A DNA stretch of 64,000 bases, taken from an uncultured Gemmatimonadales bacterium (lineage in GTDB: Bacteria > Gemmatimonadota > Gemmatimonadetes > Gemmatimonadales > Gemmatimonadaceae). Shown here in pieces: positions 9,557-17,781 of this stretch. Each line of letters starts with the position of its first letter. The first letter of the stretch is position 1. The notes under the pieces were generated by a model that saw only the letters and a list, made by a program, of their open reading frames with translations, was not told the origin of the DNA and ran no database searches. A program made the translations under genes and the position numbers. The stretch is taken from positions 1,728,001 to 1,792,000 of the forward strand of contig CAWKNZ010000002.1 in NCBI GenBank assembly GCA_963851265.1. The letters run 5' to 3'.

Positions 9557-10693
9557 TCAGAACTTCAGATCCGCGGCCTCCGCGAATTCGCGCATCTTCG
9601 CCTGCTGCTCCTCCGTGAGCCCCTCGGGCACCGTCACGCGCAACTCGACGATCATGTCGCCGCGCTGCTCGCCCTTGACGATCCCCTGCCCCCGCACCCG
9701 GAGCCGCCGTCCACTCGACGTTCCGGCCGGAATCCGCAGCGCGACCTTGGTCCCGTCGAGCGTCCGCACCTGCATCTTCGAACCCAGGGTTGCCTGCGCC
9801 AGGTTCACCGGAATCGTCGCGATGACGTCCAGCCCCTCGCGCCGGAACAACCGGTCCGGCTGAACCTGGAAGGTGATCACGAGGTCGCCCGGCGGCGCGC
9901 CCTGCTCGCCCCGCCCGCCCTGCCCCTTGAGCCGCACGCGTGAGCCCGAGTCCGCGCCCGCCGGCACCGTCACGTTCACCTGCTTGCGCGTGCGCACCTG
10001 CCCCGCCCCGCTGCACGTCGGACAGCGCTCGCTCGGGATCTGCCCGCGCCCCAGGCACATCGGGCACGGACGGTTCACGGCGAACCCGCCCTGGCCGAAC
10101 GAGATCGTGCCGCGCCCGCTGCACTCCGGGCACGTCTTCAGCGTCGCGCCCGGCGCCGCGCCGCTGCCGTGGCACGTCTCGCACTCCTCGCTCACCTCGA
10201 GTTCGACGGGCAGCTTCCCGCCTAACGCCGCCGTGCGGAACGGCACCTCGACGGTGATCTCGACCGTCTGACCGGGCTCGGGGCCGCGCCTCGCGCCGGC
10301 GCCGCCCGCGCGGTTGGCGCCGAAGATCGAACTGAAGATGTCGCCGAAGCCGCCCATCCCCCCGACGTCGACGTTCGAGAAGTCGAACTGCGCGCCGCCC
10401 GGGAATCCCTGCGCACCGCCGGGGCGGGCGCCCGCCGGACCGCGGCCGCCCGCGCCGAAGCCGCCGAACGCGCCCAGCCGGCGCATCTCGTCGTACTGCT
10501 TCCGCTTATCCGCGTCCCCGATGACGTTGTACGCCTCCGAAATCTCCTTGAAGCGCTCCGCGGCCTTCGGGTCGTTCTTGTTCGCGTCCGGGTGGTGCTG
10601 CTTCGCCAGCCGGCGGTACTGCTTTTTTATGTCAGCCTGCTCGGCCGTGGGCGACACGCCGAGCACCGCGTAGTAGTCGCTGTTCTGCGCCAT
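9557..10693 (-). CDS. dnaJ: Chaperone DnaJ
   Basis: J domain with HPD, G/F-rich linker, four CxxCxGxG repeats, C-terminal domain. Confidence 0.95.
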   Translation of the reverse strand: MAQNSDYYAVLGVSPTAEQADIKKQYRRLAKQHHPDANKNDPKAAERFKEISEAYNVIGDADKRKQYDEMRRLGAFGGFGAGGRGPAGARPGGAQGFPGGAQFDFSNVDVGGMGGFGDIFSSIFGANRAGGAGARRGPEPGQTVEITVEVPFRTAALGGKLPVELEVSEECETCHGSGAAPGATLKTCPECSGRGTISFGQGGFAVNRPCPMCLGRGQIPSERCPTCSGAGQVRTRKQVNVTVPAGADSGSRVRLKGQGGRGEQGAPPGDLVITFQVQPDRLFRREGLDVIATIPVNLAQATLGSKMQVRTLDGTKVALRIPAGTSSGRRLRVRGQGIVKGEQRGDMIVELRVTVPEGLTEEQQAKMREFAEAADLKF

Positions 10694-10696
10694 TCC

Positions 10697-11281
10697 TCAT
10701 CCCTGCCACTGCCGCACGACGACGCGCGCCGGCCGCAGCAGCTGACCGCCGAATCGGTACCCGAGCTGGTAGACGCGCGCGACCTGGTGGTCGTCGTCGC
10801 GACCCGCCGCGGGCTCCGTCCCGACCGCCTCGTGCAGCGCCGGGTCGAACGGCTGCGCCGTGGGATCGATGACCTCGAGCCCCGCGGACCCGAGCGCCTT
10901 GACCAGCTTCTTCTCGACCATGCCCACGCCGTCCACCACGGTCGTCACGTCCGTGGTCGACGGGTCGACGTGCGCGAAACGCGCGAGGTCGTCCATCGCG
11001 TCGAGCAGGTGTTTGACGAGCTCCGCCTGCGCGCGCGAGCCCGCGTCCATGCGCTCCCGTGCCGACCGCCGGCGATGGTTGTCGAACTCGGCCGCGAGCC
11101 GCAGGTAGCGGTCCTGGTGCTCGCTCAGCTGCCGCTGCAGGTCGTCGCCCGAGACCACCCCTCCGGCGGGCAGCGCGTCGGACGCCGGCGAACTTGGCGG
11201 GTTGGTCTCGAAGCCGTCACCCTGCGGGGTGGCCGCAGTCGCGGCGTCGGTAGCGGAAGCGGTCGGGTCGTAGGAAGCCAT
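10697..11281 (-). CDS. grpE: Nucleotide exchange factor GrpE
   Basis: YLRLAAEFDNHRRR, FDPALHEAV, GYRFGGQLLRPARVVV. Confidence 0.93.
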   Translation of the reverse strand: MASYDPTASATDAATAATPQGDGFETNPPSSPASDALPAGGVVSGDDLQRQLSEHQDRYLRLAAEFDNHRRRSARERMDAGSRAQAELVKHLLDAMDDLARFAHVDPSTTDVTTVVDGVGMVEKKLVKALGSAGLEVIDPTAQPFDPALHEAVGTEPAAGRDDDHQVARVYQLGYRFGGQLLRPARVVVRQWQG

Positions 11282-11374
11282 GGGTCGCAATCAGGAGGAC
11301 ACGATCGTGGGACACGATCCGCGCGGCCCACACGTAGGACGGCACGAGCGGCGGCGCGATCTGCGACAGAGGGT

Positions 11375-11390
11375 TGCAACGCGTATGCCC
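11375..11390 (-). promoter_or_regulatory. Candidate sigma54 (-24/-12) promoter for grpE-dnaJ
   Basis: Minus strand GGGCATACGCGTTGCA = GG-N10-GC with GGCA and TTGCA, about 95 nt upstream of grpE. Confidence 0.55.
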
Positions 11391-11482
11391 CCCACAGCTG
11401 CCGGGACGGCGCGCGCGCGTCGTCCCGGTGTGCCGAGTGGGCCCACCGGCCTGCCGGTTCAGCGCAGCATGCCGCGCCGGGT

Positions 11483-12796
11483 TCAGCGCGCGACCAGCGC
11501 AGGCGCGTCGTCGAGTGTGGGGAGCGGCCTGGCGTGCGTCGTGAGCGCCCGGCGTACGAGATCCATCGCGTACTGCGCGGCGCGAAACCGAATCTCCTCC
11601 CGGTCGCCGACGAAGACGTTTCGCACCGTCCGGACCTGCCCCGCCACGTCGATCCCCATCCAAACCGTTCCCACCGGCTTCTCGTCCGACCCGCCGCCCG
11701 GCCCCGCCACGCCGGTGAGCGCGATACCGACATCCGCCCCCACCCGAGCGCGCGCGCCGGCCGCCATCTGCGCCGCAACCCGCTCGCTCACGGCGCCGTC
11801 CGCGGCCAGCACCGAGGGGTCGACGCCGAGCTGCGCGACCTTCACGTCGTTGGCGTACGCGATGACTCCGCCCCTGACCACGTCGCTCGACCCCGCGACA
11901 CTCGTCAGCCGTGCGCCGAGCAGACCGCCGGTGCAGCTTTCCGCGGTCGCGATCGTGAATCCGCGCGGGCGACACGCGTCGAGCACCACCGCGGCGAGGT
12001 CGGTGTCCCCTTCGCCGTAGATCCAGTCGGCCACCCGAGCGCGCACGAGGTCGCCCGCCCGGGCGAGCGCGGCGTCGGCCGCATCCGCGCCGAGTCCGCG
12101 CACGGTCAGGCGTAGATCGGTCCCCTCGCGCCCGGGCAGATACGCGAGCGAGCAGCCCTCCGCCCCCCGCGCGAGGTCGCCGAGCCGATCCGCGATCGCG
12201 CTCTCCGCGATGGACGTCGTGCGCAACGTGCGCGACCGAACGACGGTGGGCGCGACGCCGCCCGATGCGGCCCGCGCGCGCTCCGTGATGATCGGGAGCA
12301 GTTCGTCGCCCAGCATGCCACGCATCTCGCGCGGCACGCCCGGGAGCATCGCCACCCAGCGCCCTCGCTCGTCCTCCAGCCACACGCCCGGTGCCGATCC
12401 GTGGCGATTGACGAGGACGCGCGCTCCCTCCGGGAGCATCGCCTGCTGCCGATTGCTCGCGGGCAGGTCCCGCCCGAACCGCGCCTTCCAGCGGGTTTCG
12501 AGCGAGGCGAGGATCTCCTCGTTCAGCACCATCCCGCGCCCGAACAGCGCGGCGATGCTCGGCTTCGAGAGGTCGTCCGCGGTCGGGCCGAGGCCGCCGG
12601 TCGTGATCACCGCGCCGGTGCGCTCGAGGGCTTCGCGGACGGCCTCGGCGATCTCGCTCGCGGCGTCACCGACGCTCGCGCGGCGCACCACGGTCACGCC
12701 GACCGCTGCGAGTTCGCGGGCGAGGTGCGCACCGTTGGTGTCGATGGTGAAGCCGAGGAGCAGCTCGTCCCCGATCGTGATGATCTCGATTTGCAT
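11483..12796 (-). CDS. cinA: Competence/damage-inducible protein CinA (MoCF-like plus NMN deamidase domain)
   Basis: IGDELLLG, DTNG, TGGLGPTADD, LPGVPREM, AESCTGG, GAVSE, TGVAGPGGG..KPVGTV. Confidence 0.93.
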   Translation of the reverse strand: MQIEIITIGDELLLGFTIDTNGAHLARELAAVGVTVVRRASVGDAASEIAEAVREALERTGAVITTGGLGPTADDLSKPSIAALFGRGMVLNEEILASLETRWKARFGRDLPASNRQQAMLPEGARVLVNRHGSAPGVWLEDERGRWVAMLPGVPREMRGMLGDELLPIITERARAASGGVAPTVVRSRTLRTTSIAESAIADRLGDLARGAEGCSLAYLPGREGTDLRLTVRGLGADAADAALARAGDLVRARVADWIYGEGDTDLAAVVLDACRPRGFTIATAESCTGGLLGARLTSVAGSSDVVRGGVIAYANDVKVAQLGVDPSVLAADGAVSERVAAQMAAGARARVGADVGIALTGVAGPGGGSDEKPVGTVWMGIDVAGQVRTVRNVFVGDREEIRFRAAQYAMDLVRRALTTHARPLPTLDDAPALVAR

Positions 12797-13017
12797 GGCG
12801 ACGTGCTATGCCGACGATGTGCCGTCGGGCCTCGTGCGCGTCGGCGAGCCGGAGGTTCGTTCGCGTGACATCGGCGCGCCGACGCCGACACGTCCGGCGT
12901 GACGCTCGAGAGCACCCGACCGTCCATGCCGCGAACCTTCCTTCCCGTTCCGGCCGGTTCGGCATCCCGCGGGCTGCCGCGCAGCCGTCGCTCGCGCCAT
13001 TCGCCCCGCTCGGTCGC

Positions 13018-14148
13018 ATGCTCGCACTCCTGCGCCAATGGTTACGGCGCCGCCCCACCGAGGCGCCCGCCGTTCCGCCGGCCGCTGCCGCCGCGCCCGC
13101 GGTCGCGGCCGTCGTCGCGCCGCCGCCGACACCCGCGCCGGTTCGCCCGGCACTCGCACCCGTGGTGCTCGACACGCATACGATCGAGCTCCTGACCGCC
13201 GTCGTCGGCGCGCGCGTCGAGGAGTTGCACGCCGCCCCGCCGCCGCCCAAGGCCGACGCGGGCTACGGTGCCGGTCTGCGCGCGCTCACGGCGGCGGTGG
13301 TCGGCGCCCCGGCCGACGCGGTTCGCCAGTTGCCGAGCGCGGCGCGAGACGCCCTGGCCGTCTGCGACGACCCGAGCGCCGGCGCGGCCGAGCTCGCGCG
13401 CGTCTGTGAGGGCGATCTCGCCGTCGCGCGCGCGCTCCTTCGCGAGGCGAACTCGATTTTCTACGCGCGCGCTGGCCTCGCACCGGCTGCGTCGCTGCGA
13501 GAGGCCATCGACCGGGTCGGCACCGGCGGCGTGCGCAACGTGCTCGTCGACGTGACGATCTCGGCCCTGCTCTGCGCTCCCGGTTCGAGGTACGCGGCCA
13601 TCACGGCGGCGATCTGGGCGCACGCGCAGCGCACGGCCGCCCTGGCGCGTGCGGCCGCCCCGGCGTTCGGCGTCTCGGCCGAACGGGCGTACGCGGCGGG
13701 ACTCCTCCACGACGTGGGCAAGCTCGTGCTCCTCGACCGGGCGGCGGCGCTCGCCGAGGAACGGGCTGCACCCGCCCTCGCGTGGCCCGCGCTGCGTGCC
13801 GCGCTCGTCGCGCTCCACGAACCGCTCGGCGCACTCGCCGTCCTGCGGTGGGGCATGGGCGCCGAAACGGCCGGCGCGATCGCGACGCATCACCGCGCCC
13901 CCGCGCCGGCCTCGCGCGACGCGATGAGCGAGGTGATCTGCCTCGCCGAGCGGGTGGACCACGCGGCGACGCGTGGCGAGGCGCTGGACTTGGACGCGCT
14001 GTGGAGCGAGTGCGCACTCGGCGGCACGCGTTCGCGCGCCGTGGGGGCTCTCGCCCGACAGCTCGGGCCGATCACGCCGTTCGCGGTCGACGATGCCGGC
14101 GAGCCGGAACACGGCGCATCGCGCCTGAGCCGGCTCGCCGGGCGGTAG
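13018..14148 (+). CDS. HDOD-domain protein
   Basis: LLREANS, SLREAIDRVG, IWAH, AGLLHDVGKLVL, HEPLG..W, IATHH; start uncertain. Confidence 0.75.
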   Translation: MLALLRQWLRRRPTEAPAVPPAAAAAPAVAAVVAPPPTPAPVRPALAPVVLDTHTIELLTAVVGARVEELHAAPPPPKADAGYGAGLRALTAAVVGAPADAVRQLPSAARDALAVCDDPSAGAAELARVCEGDLAVARALLREANSIFYARAGLAPAASLREAIDRVGTGGVRNVLVDVTISALLCAPGSRYAAITAAIWAHAQRTAALARAAAPAFGVSAERAYAAGLLHDVGKLVLLDRAAALAEERAAPALAWPALRAALVALHEPLGALAVLRWGMGAETAGAIATHHRAPAPASRDAMSEVICLAERVDHAATRGEALDLDALWSECALGGTRSRAVGALARQLGPITPFAVDDAGEPEHGASRLSRLAGR

Positions 14149-14181
14149 ACCCGACGCGCGCGCCGTGGCGGTGCGACGTCG

Positions 14182-14883
14182 TCAGGCCGTGCCGGACGCG
14201 GGATTCCGCCGCAACACGGCGCCGTAGCGCCGCGCGTAGATCCAGAGCGAGTAGAGCGTGAGCGCGACCGCGATCGCCATCGTCGCCGCGCCCACGACGC
14301 CGTTGAACAGCGCGAACGCGTGCCACCACGCGCCCGCCGCCCACGTGCGCCCCTCCGCGAGTGAGGCGGCGAAGAACCAGAAGTAGGCGGCGCCCACCCA
14401 CGTCGCCTGGAACCCCGTCTTCCACTTTGCCGGGCCGATCGCGGCGATCACGACGCCGCGTCGCGCGGCGACCTGGCGGAACGCGGTCATCAGCGCCTCG
14501 CGGCCGAGCACGACGAGCACGACCCACCAGGGGAGCGTCACGAGGCCTAACGGCGTCACGAACGGCAGCGGCGGGCGCGCCGCGGCGTCGGCGGGAATGA
14601 CGAGCGACCCGACGCGGCCCATGAGCCAGTACATCGGGACGAACGTCGCGACGAGCAGCAGCTTGTCGGCGAGCGGGTCGAGCAGGCGGCCGAGGTCGGT
14701 GACCAGGTTGCGCGTGCGCGCGAGGTGGCCGTCCCAGTAGTCGGTGACGGCGGCCGCGACGTAAAGCAGGAACGCGGCGAGCCGCGTGCCCGGCGTCGGT
14801 GCGAACGGCAACCACGCGATGAGCGGCGCGACCGCGATGCGGGCGACGGTGATCGCGTTCGGGAGGTTCACGGAGCGGGGCAC
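14182..14883 (-). CDS. pgsA: CDP-diacylglycerol--glycerol-3-phosphate 3-phosphatidyltransferase
   Basis: NLPNAIT.ARI, TDYWDGHLAR...TDLGRLLDPLADK, AKWKT. Confidence 0.9.
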   Translation of the reverse strand: MPRSVNLPNAITVARIAVAPLIAWLPFAPTPGTRLAAFLLYVAAAVTDYWDGHLARTRNLVTDLGRLLDPLADKLLLVATFVPMYWLMGRVGSLVIPADAAARPPLPFVTPLGLVTLPWWVVLVVLGREALMTAFRQVAARRGVVIAAIGPAKWKTGFQATWVGAAYFWFFAASLAEGRTWAAGAWWHAFALFNGVVGAATMAIAVALTLYSLWIYARRYGAVLRRNPASGTA

Positions 14884-14942
14884 AAGAACCCGCTAAGCTA
14901 AACCCCCCGCCCGGGTGGCGCGTCGGCGCGCGTGAGGCCGCG

Positions 14943-15620
14943 TCAGCCGATCGCGCGAATCACGAGCTTCGACACGGCCTTGAGGGTGTCGAACACGCCG
15001 GCCCCCGACGACGCGACCGCCTCGAACGTCGGCGCCTTTTCCCACCACTCGCCCGTCGGCAGCTGCTCGACGAGCAGTTCGCCCGGGCGGAAAGGATTCT
15101 CCGCGGGTCGCTGCTTCGCCGGATCGGTGACCTCCCACCCGGGGTTCAGCACGCCGTCCAACTCCGCCGTGGCCGCGGCGTCGGGCAGGTCGCGCTTGTT
15201 GTACTGCACGACGAACGGCAGCTTGGTGAGGTCGTAGCCGTGTTCGGCGAGATTGTCGTACAGGTTCTGCATCGATTCGACGTTGGCCTCGTGCCGGTCG
15301 GCCTGCGAGTCCGCGACGAAGACTACCCCGTCGACGCCGCGCAGGATCAGGCGGCGGCTCGCGTTGTAGTAGACCTGTCCGGGCACCGTGTACAGGTGGA
15401 ACCGGGTGCGGAAGCCGCGGATCGTACCGAGGTCGACCGGCAGGAAGTCGAAGAAGAGTGTGCGCTCGTTCTCGGTCGCGAGCGAGATGAGCTTGCCGCG
15501 CGTGGCCGGGCTCACCTGTTCGTACACGTATTCAAGATTCGTCGTCTTGCCGCCGAGGCCGGGGCCGTAGTAGACGATCTTGCAGTTGATCTCGCGCGAG
15601 GCGTAGTTGACCATCGACAT
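14943..15620 (-). CDS. mglA: MglA-family small GTPase
   Basis: [50 protein letters not shown]. Confidence 0.93.
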   Translation of the reverse strand: MSMVNYASREINCKIVYYGPGLGGKTTNLEYVYEQVSPATRGKLISLATENERTLFFDFLPVDLGTIRGFRTRFHLYTVPGQVYYNASRRLILRGVDGVVFVADSQADRHEANVESMQNLYDNLAEHGYDLTKLPFVVQYNKRDLPDAAATAELDGVLNPGWEVTDPAKQRPAENPFRPGELLVEQLPTGEWWEKAPTFEAVASSGAGVFDTLKAVSKLVIRAIG

Positions 15621-15644
15621 GGGCGTTCTCCGGATGGGTGTGCG

Positions 15645-16223
15645 TTAGGAGAAGAGCCGGTCGATCTCGTCTTCGGCGCCGGCGAGCAGGTCTGTGAGGA
15701 AGGCCGGCAGCGGCGCGGCCGGCGGGCCGGCGGGCGTCGCCCCGGCCGGCGGTGCGGGGTTGGGCGTGGCGTTGGGCGCGGCTCCGGGCGCCACGTTAGG
15801 CCCCGGCGAGCGTTCGAACACGCGCTCGAAGCGCGCGGCGAGCGTGTCGACGACGCCGCGCAGCTTGAGGCGCACGAGGCCGAGCGTGGTCCGGTTGTCG
15901 AAGAGGACGACGAGGATCACGCGGCGCGCGACGTCGGCCAGGTACATCGACTCGCGCTCGCCCTGGTGGAAGAGCGTCGTGAAGTCGCGCTCGCCGATCA
16001 GCCGCGCGAGCTGGTCGTTGGCGCTGAAGTCGGCCGCCGTGAGCGACGCGAACGCGACGGCGTCGAACGCGGGCACCTCGCCCACGGTGGCGACGAGCTG
16101 GCCCGCGCGGTCGACGAGCAGCGCGGAGCGCGCGCCGGTCTCGCGCAGGAAGCTCTGCACGGCCCCGCTGATCGCGTGCGCGTCGTCGTCGGTGAAGGTC
16201 CAGCTAACGGCGCCGGGGGGCAT
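15645..16223 (-). CDS. mglB: Roadblock/LC7 protein MglB
   Basis: ALLVDRAGQL, FASLTAADFSANDQLARLIGE, LFHQGE, VLFDNRTTLGLVRL; directly upstream of mglA. Confidence 0.9.
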   Translation of the reverse strand: MPPGAVSWTFTDDDAHAISGAVQSFLRETGARSALLVDRAGQLVATVGEVPAFDAVAFASLTAADFSANDQLARLIGERDFTTLFHQGERESMYLADVARRVILVVLFDNRTTLGLVRLKLRGVVDTLAARFERVFERSPGPNVAPGAAPNATPNPAPPAGATPAGPPAAPLPAFLTDLLAGAEDEIDRLFS

Positions 16224-16286
16224 GGCCGGGGGATGAGGTTCCGCCCCCGGCGCGGCGCGTCTCCGGCCGATCCCCTGTGGGGAACG

Positions 16287-16706
16287 CTAGAGCGACGCTT
16301 CGACCGCCCGGAGGACGCGGCGCGCGCGGCGCCGCAGCAGCGGGTGCGTCTCCCAGCGCAGGTAATCGCGCAGGAGTCTCGCCGTATCTACGCTCGGACG
16401 GGCCGCCAGGTAACTCAGCGCGTGGTAGCGGCTCATCGGGTGCGCCGAGAACAGCCCGCGCCGGCTGCCGGCCATGAGTCGGTCCCACACCGCCGCACCG
16501 ACGGCCAACCCGCCCGCGAACCCCGCCCCGAGCAGGAGGCCGGCGGGCACCGTCCCGAAGGTGCGTCCGGAATCACTCGCGCGTTCCCAATCCACGCGCC
16601 GGCGTCCGCCTCCGCCTCCGCGCCGGTCGGCGGACGCCGCAGCGCGTCGCTCGCCGGTCTGTCCCGCCGTGGACTCGGTGTCCTGCCAGGGCAGCCGCAT
16701 CGTCAC
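16287..16706 (-). CDS. Hypothetical protein with one TM segment
   Basis: 4-nt overlap with the recR stop; Gly-rich hydrophobic segment followed by a helical domain. Confidence 0.6.
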   Translation of the reverse strand: MTMRLPWQDTESTAGQTGERRAAASADRRGGGGGRRRVDWERASDSGRTFGTVPAGLLLGAGFAGGLAVGAAVWDRLMAGSRRGLFSAHPMSRYHALSYLAARPSVDTARLLRDYLRWETHPLLRRRARRVLRAVEASL

Positions 16707-17296
16707 ATCTCCCGACGCGCCGAGAGCGCCTGCGCGATCGTCACCCCGTCGGCGTACTCCAGATCGCCGCCCACGGGCAGTCCGCGCGCGATGCGCGTGA
16801 CCTGCACGGCGGGAGCCTGCGCGGCGAGCTGGCGCTGCACGTACAGCGCGGTCGCCTCGCCCTCCATACTCGGATTCGTGGCGAGGATGACCTCGCGCAC
16901 GCCCCCGCCCTGCGCCCGCGTCACGAGCTGGTCGATCGCGAGGTCCTCGGGCATCACACCGTCGAGCGGCGAGAGCCGGCCGCCGAGCACGTGGTACACG
17001 CCACGGTACTCGCCCGTGCGCTCGATCGCGCCGATGTCGCTCGCCTCCTCGACCGCGCAGAGCACGGCGGCGTCGCGCCGCGGGTCACGGCACACGGCGC
17101 AGCGGTCCTCCTCGGTGAGGTTTCCGCACTCCGCGCACGGGCGGACCCGCTCCGTGAGCGTGGTGAGCGCGTCGGCCAGGCGCCGGCTCTGCTCCGGGCG
17201 TTGCCGCAGCAGGTGGTAGGTCAGGCGGAGCGCGGTCTTCCGCCCGATGCCGGGCAGCTTCGCGAACTCGCTCGCCAACTCGTCGATCGCGGACAC
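16703..17296 (-). CDS. recR: Recombination mediator RecR
   Basis: LPGIGRKTALRL HhH, C4 zinc finger, Toprim EVILATNPSMEGEAT, GGDLEYAD. Confidence 0.96.
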   Translation of the reverse strand: MSAIDELASEFAKLPGIGRKTALRLTYHLLRQRPEQSRRLADALTTLTERVRPCAECGNLTEEDRCAVCRDPRRDAAVLCAVEEASDIGAIERTGEYRGVYHVLGGRLSPLDGVMPEDLAIDQLVTRAQGGGVREVILATNPSMEGEATALYVQRQLAAQAPAVQVTRIARGLPVGGDLEYADGVTIAQALSARREM

Positions 17297-17327
17297 GTGC
17301 GGGGGCGGATAGCGGCCGGAAGGGTCG

Positions 17328-17642
17328 TCAGAAAGGCAGGTTGAACGGCAGGTCCATGCCGCCGGTCGCCTTACCCATCTCGGACTCCTGCAGCGCCTGC
17401 GCCTTGCGTTGCGCGTCGGCGACGGCCACGGCGATCAAGTCTTCCAGCATCGCCACGTCCGCCGGGTCGACCACCCGGGGGTCGAGCGTGACCTTGCGCA
17501 CGGTCCCACGCCCATCGGCGTCGACCGTGACCATGCCGCCGCCCGCCGTGCCGGTCACCGTGCGGTCGGCGAGCGCGTCCTGCGCTTCCTGCAGCCGGCT
17601 CTGCATCTGCTGCGCCTGCTGCATGAGTTGGGAGAGGTCCAT
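17328..17642 (-). CDS. ybaB: YbaB/EbfC nucleoid-associated protein
   Basis: MQQAQQMQ, AGGGMVTV, MLEDLI; between dnaX and recR. Confidence 0.92.
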   Translation of the reverse strand: MDLSQLMQQAQQMQSRLQEAQDALADRTVTGTAGGGMVTVDADGRGTVRKVTLDPRVVDPADVAMLEDLIAVAVADAQRKAQALQESEMGKATGGMDLPFNLPF

Positions 17643-17781
17643 GGGGGCAACCTAACGGGGTGAGATTGGTGCGACGCGTGGCGCGATGTCCGCCGCGGCC
17701 GCATCGCGCGTCATGCGGGTCCGGCTGTTCGCGGTGTGCCGAGTCGGGCACGTCTGCTCGCGCACGCCTACCGGAGGAACG

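Noticed and set aside
11282..11482. CIRCE element upstream of grpE
   Set aside because: No TTAGCACTC-N9-GAGTGCTAA-like sequence is present
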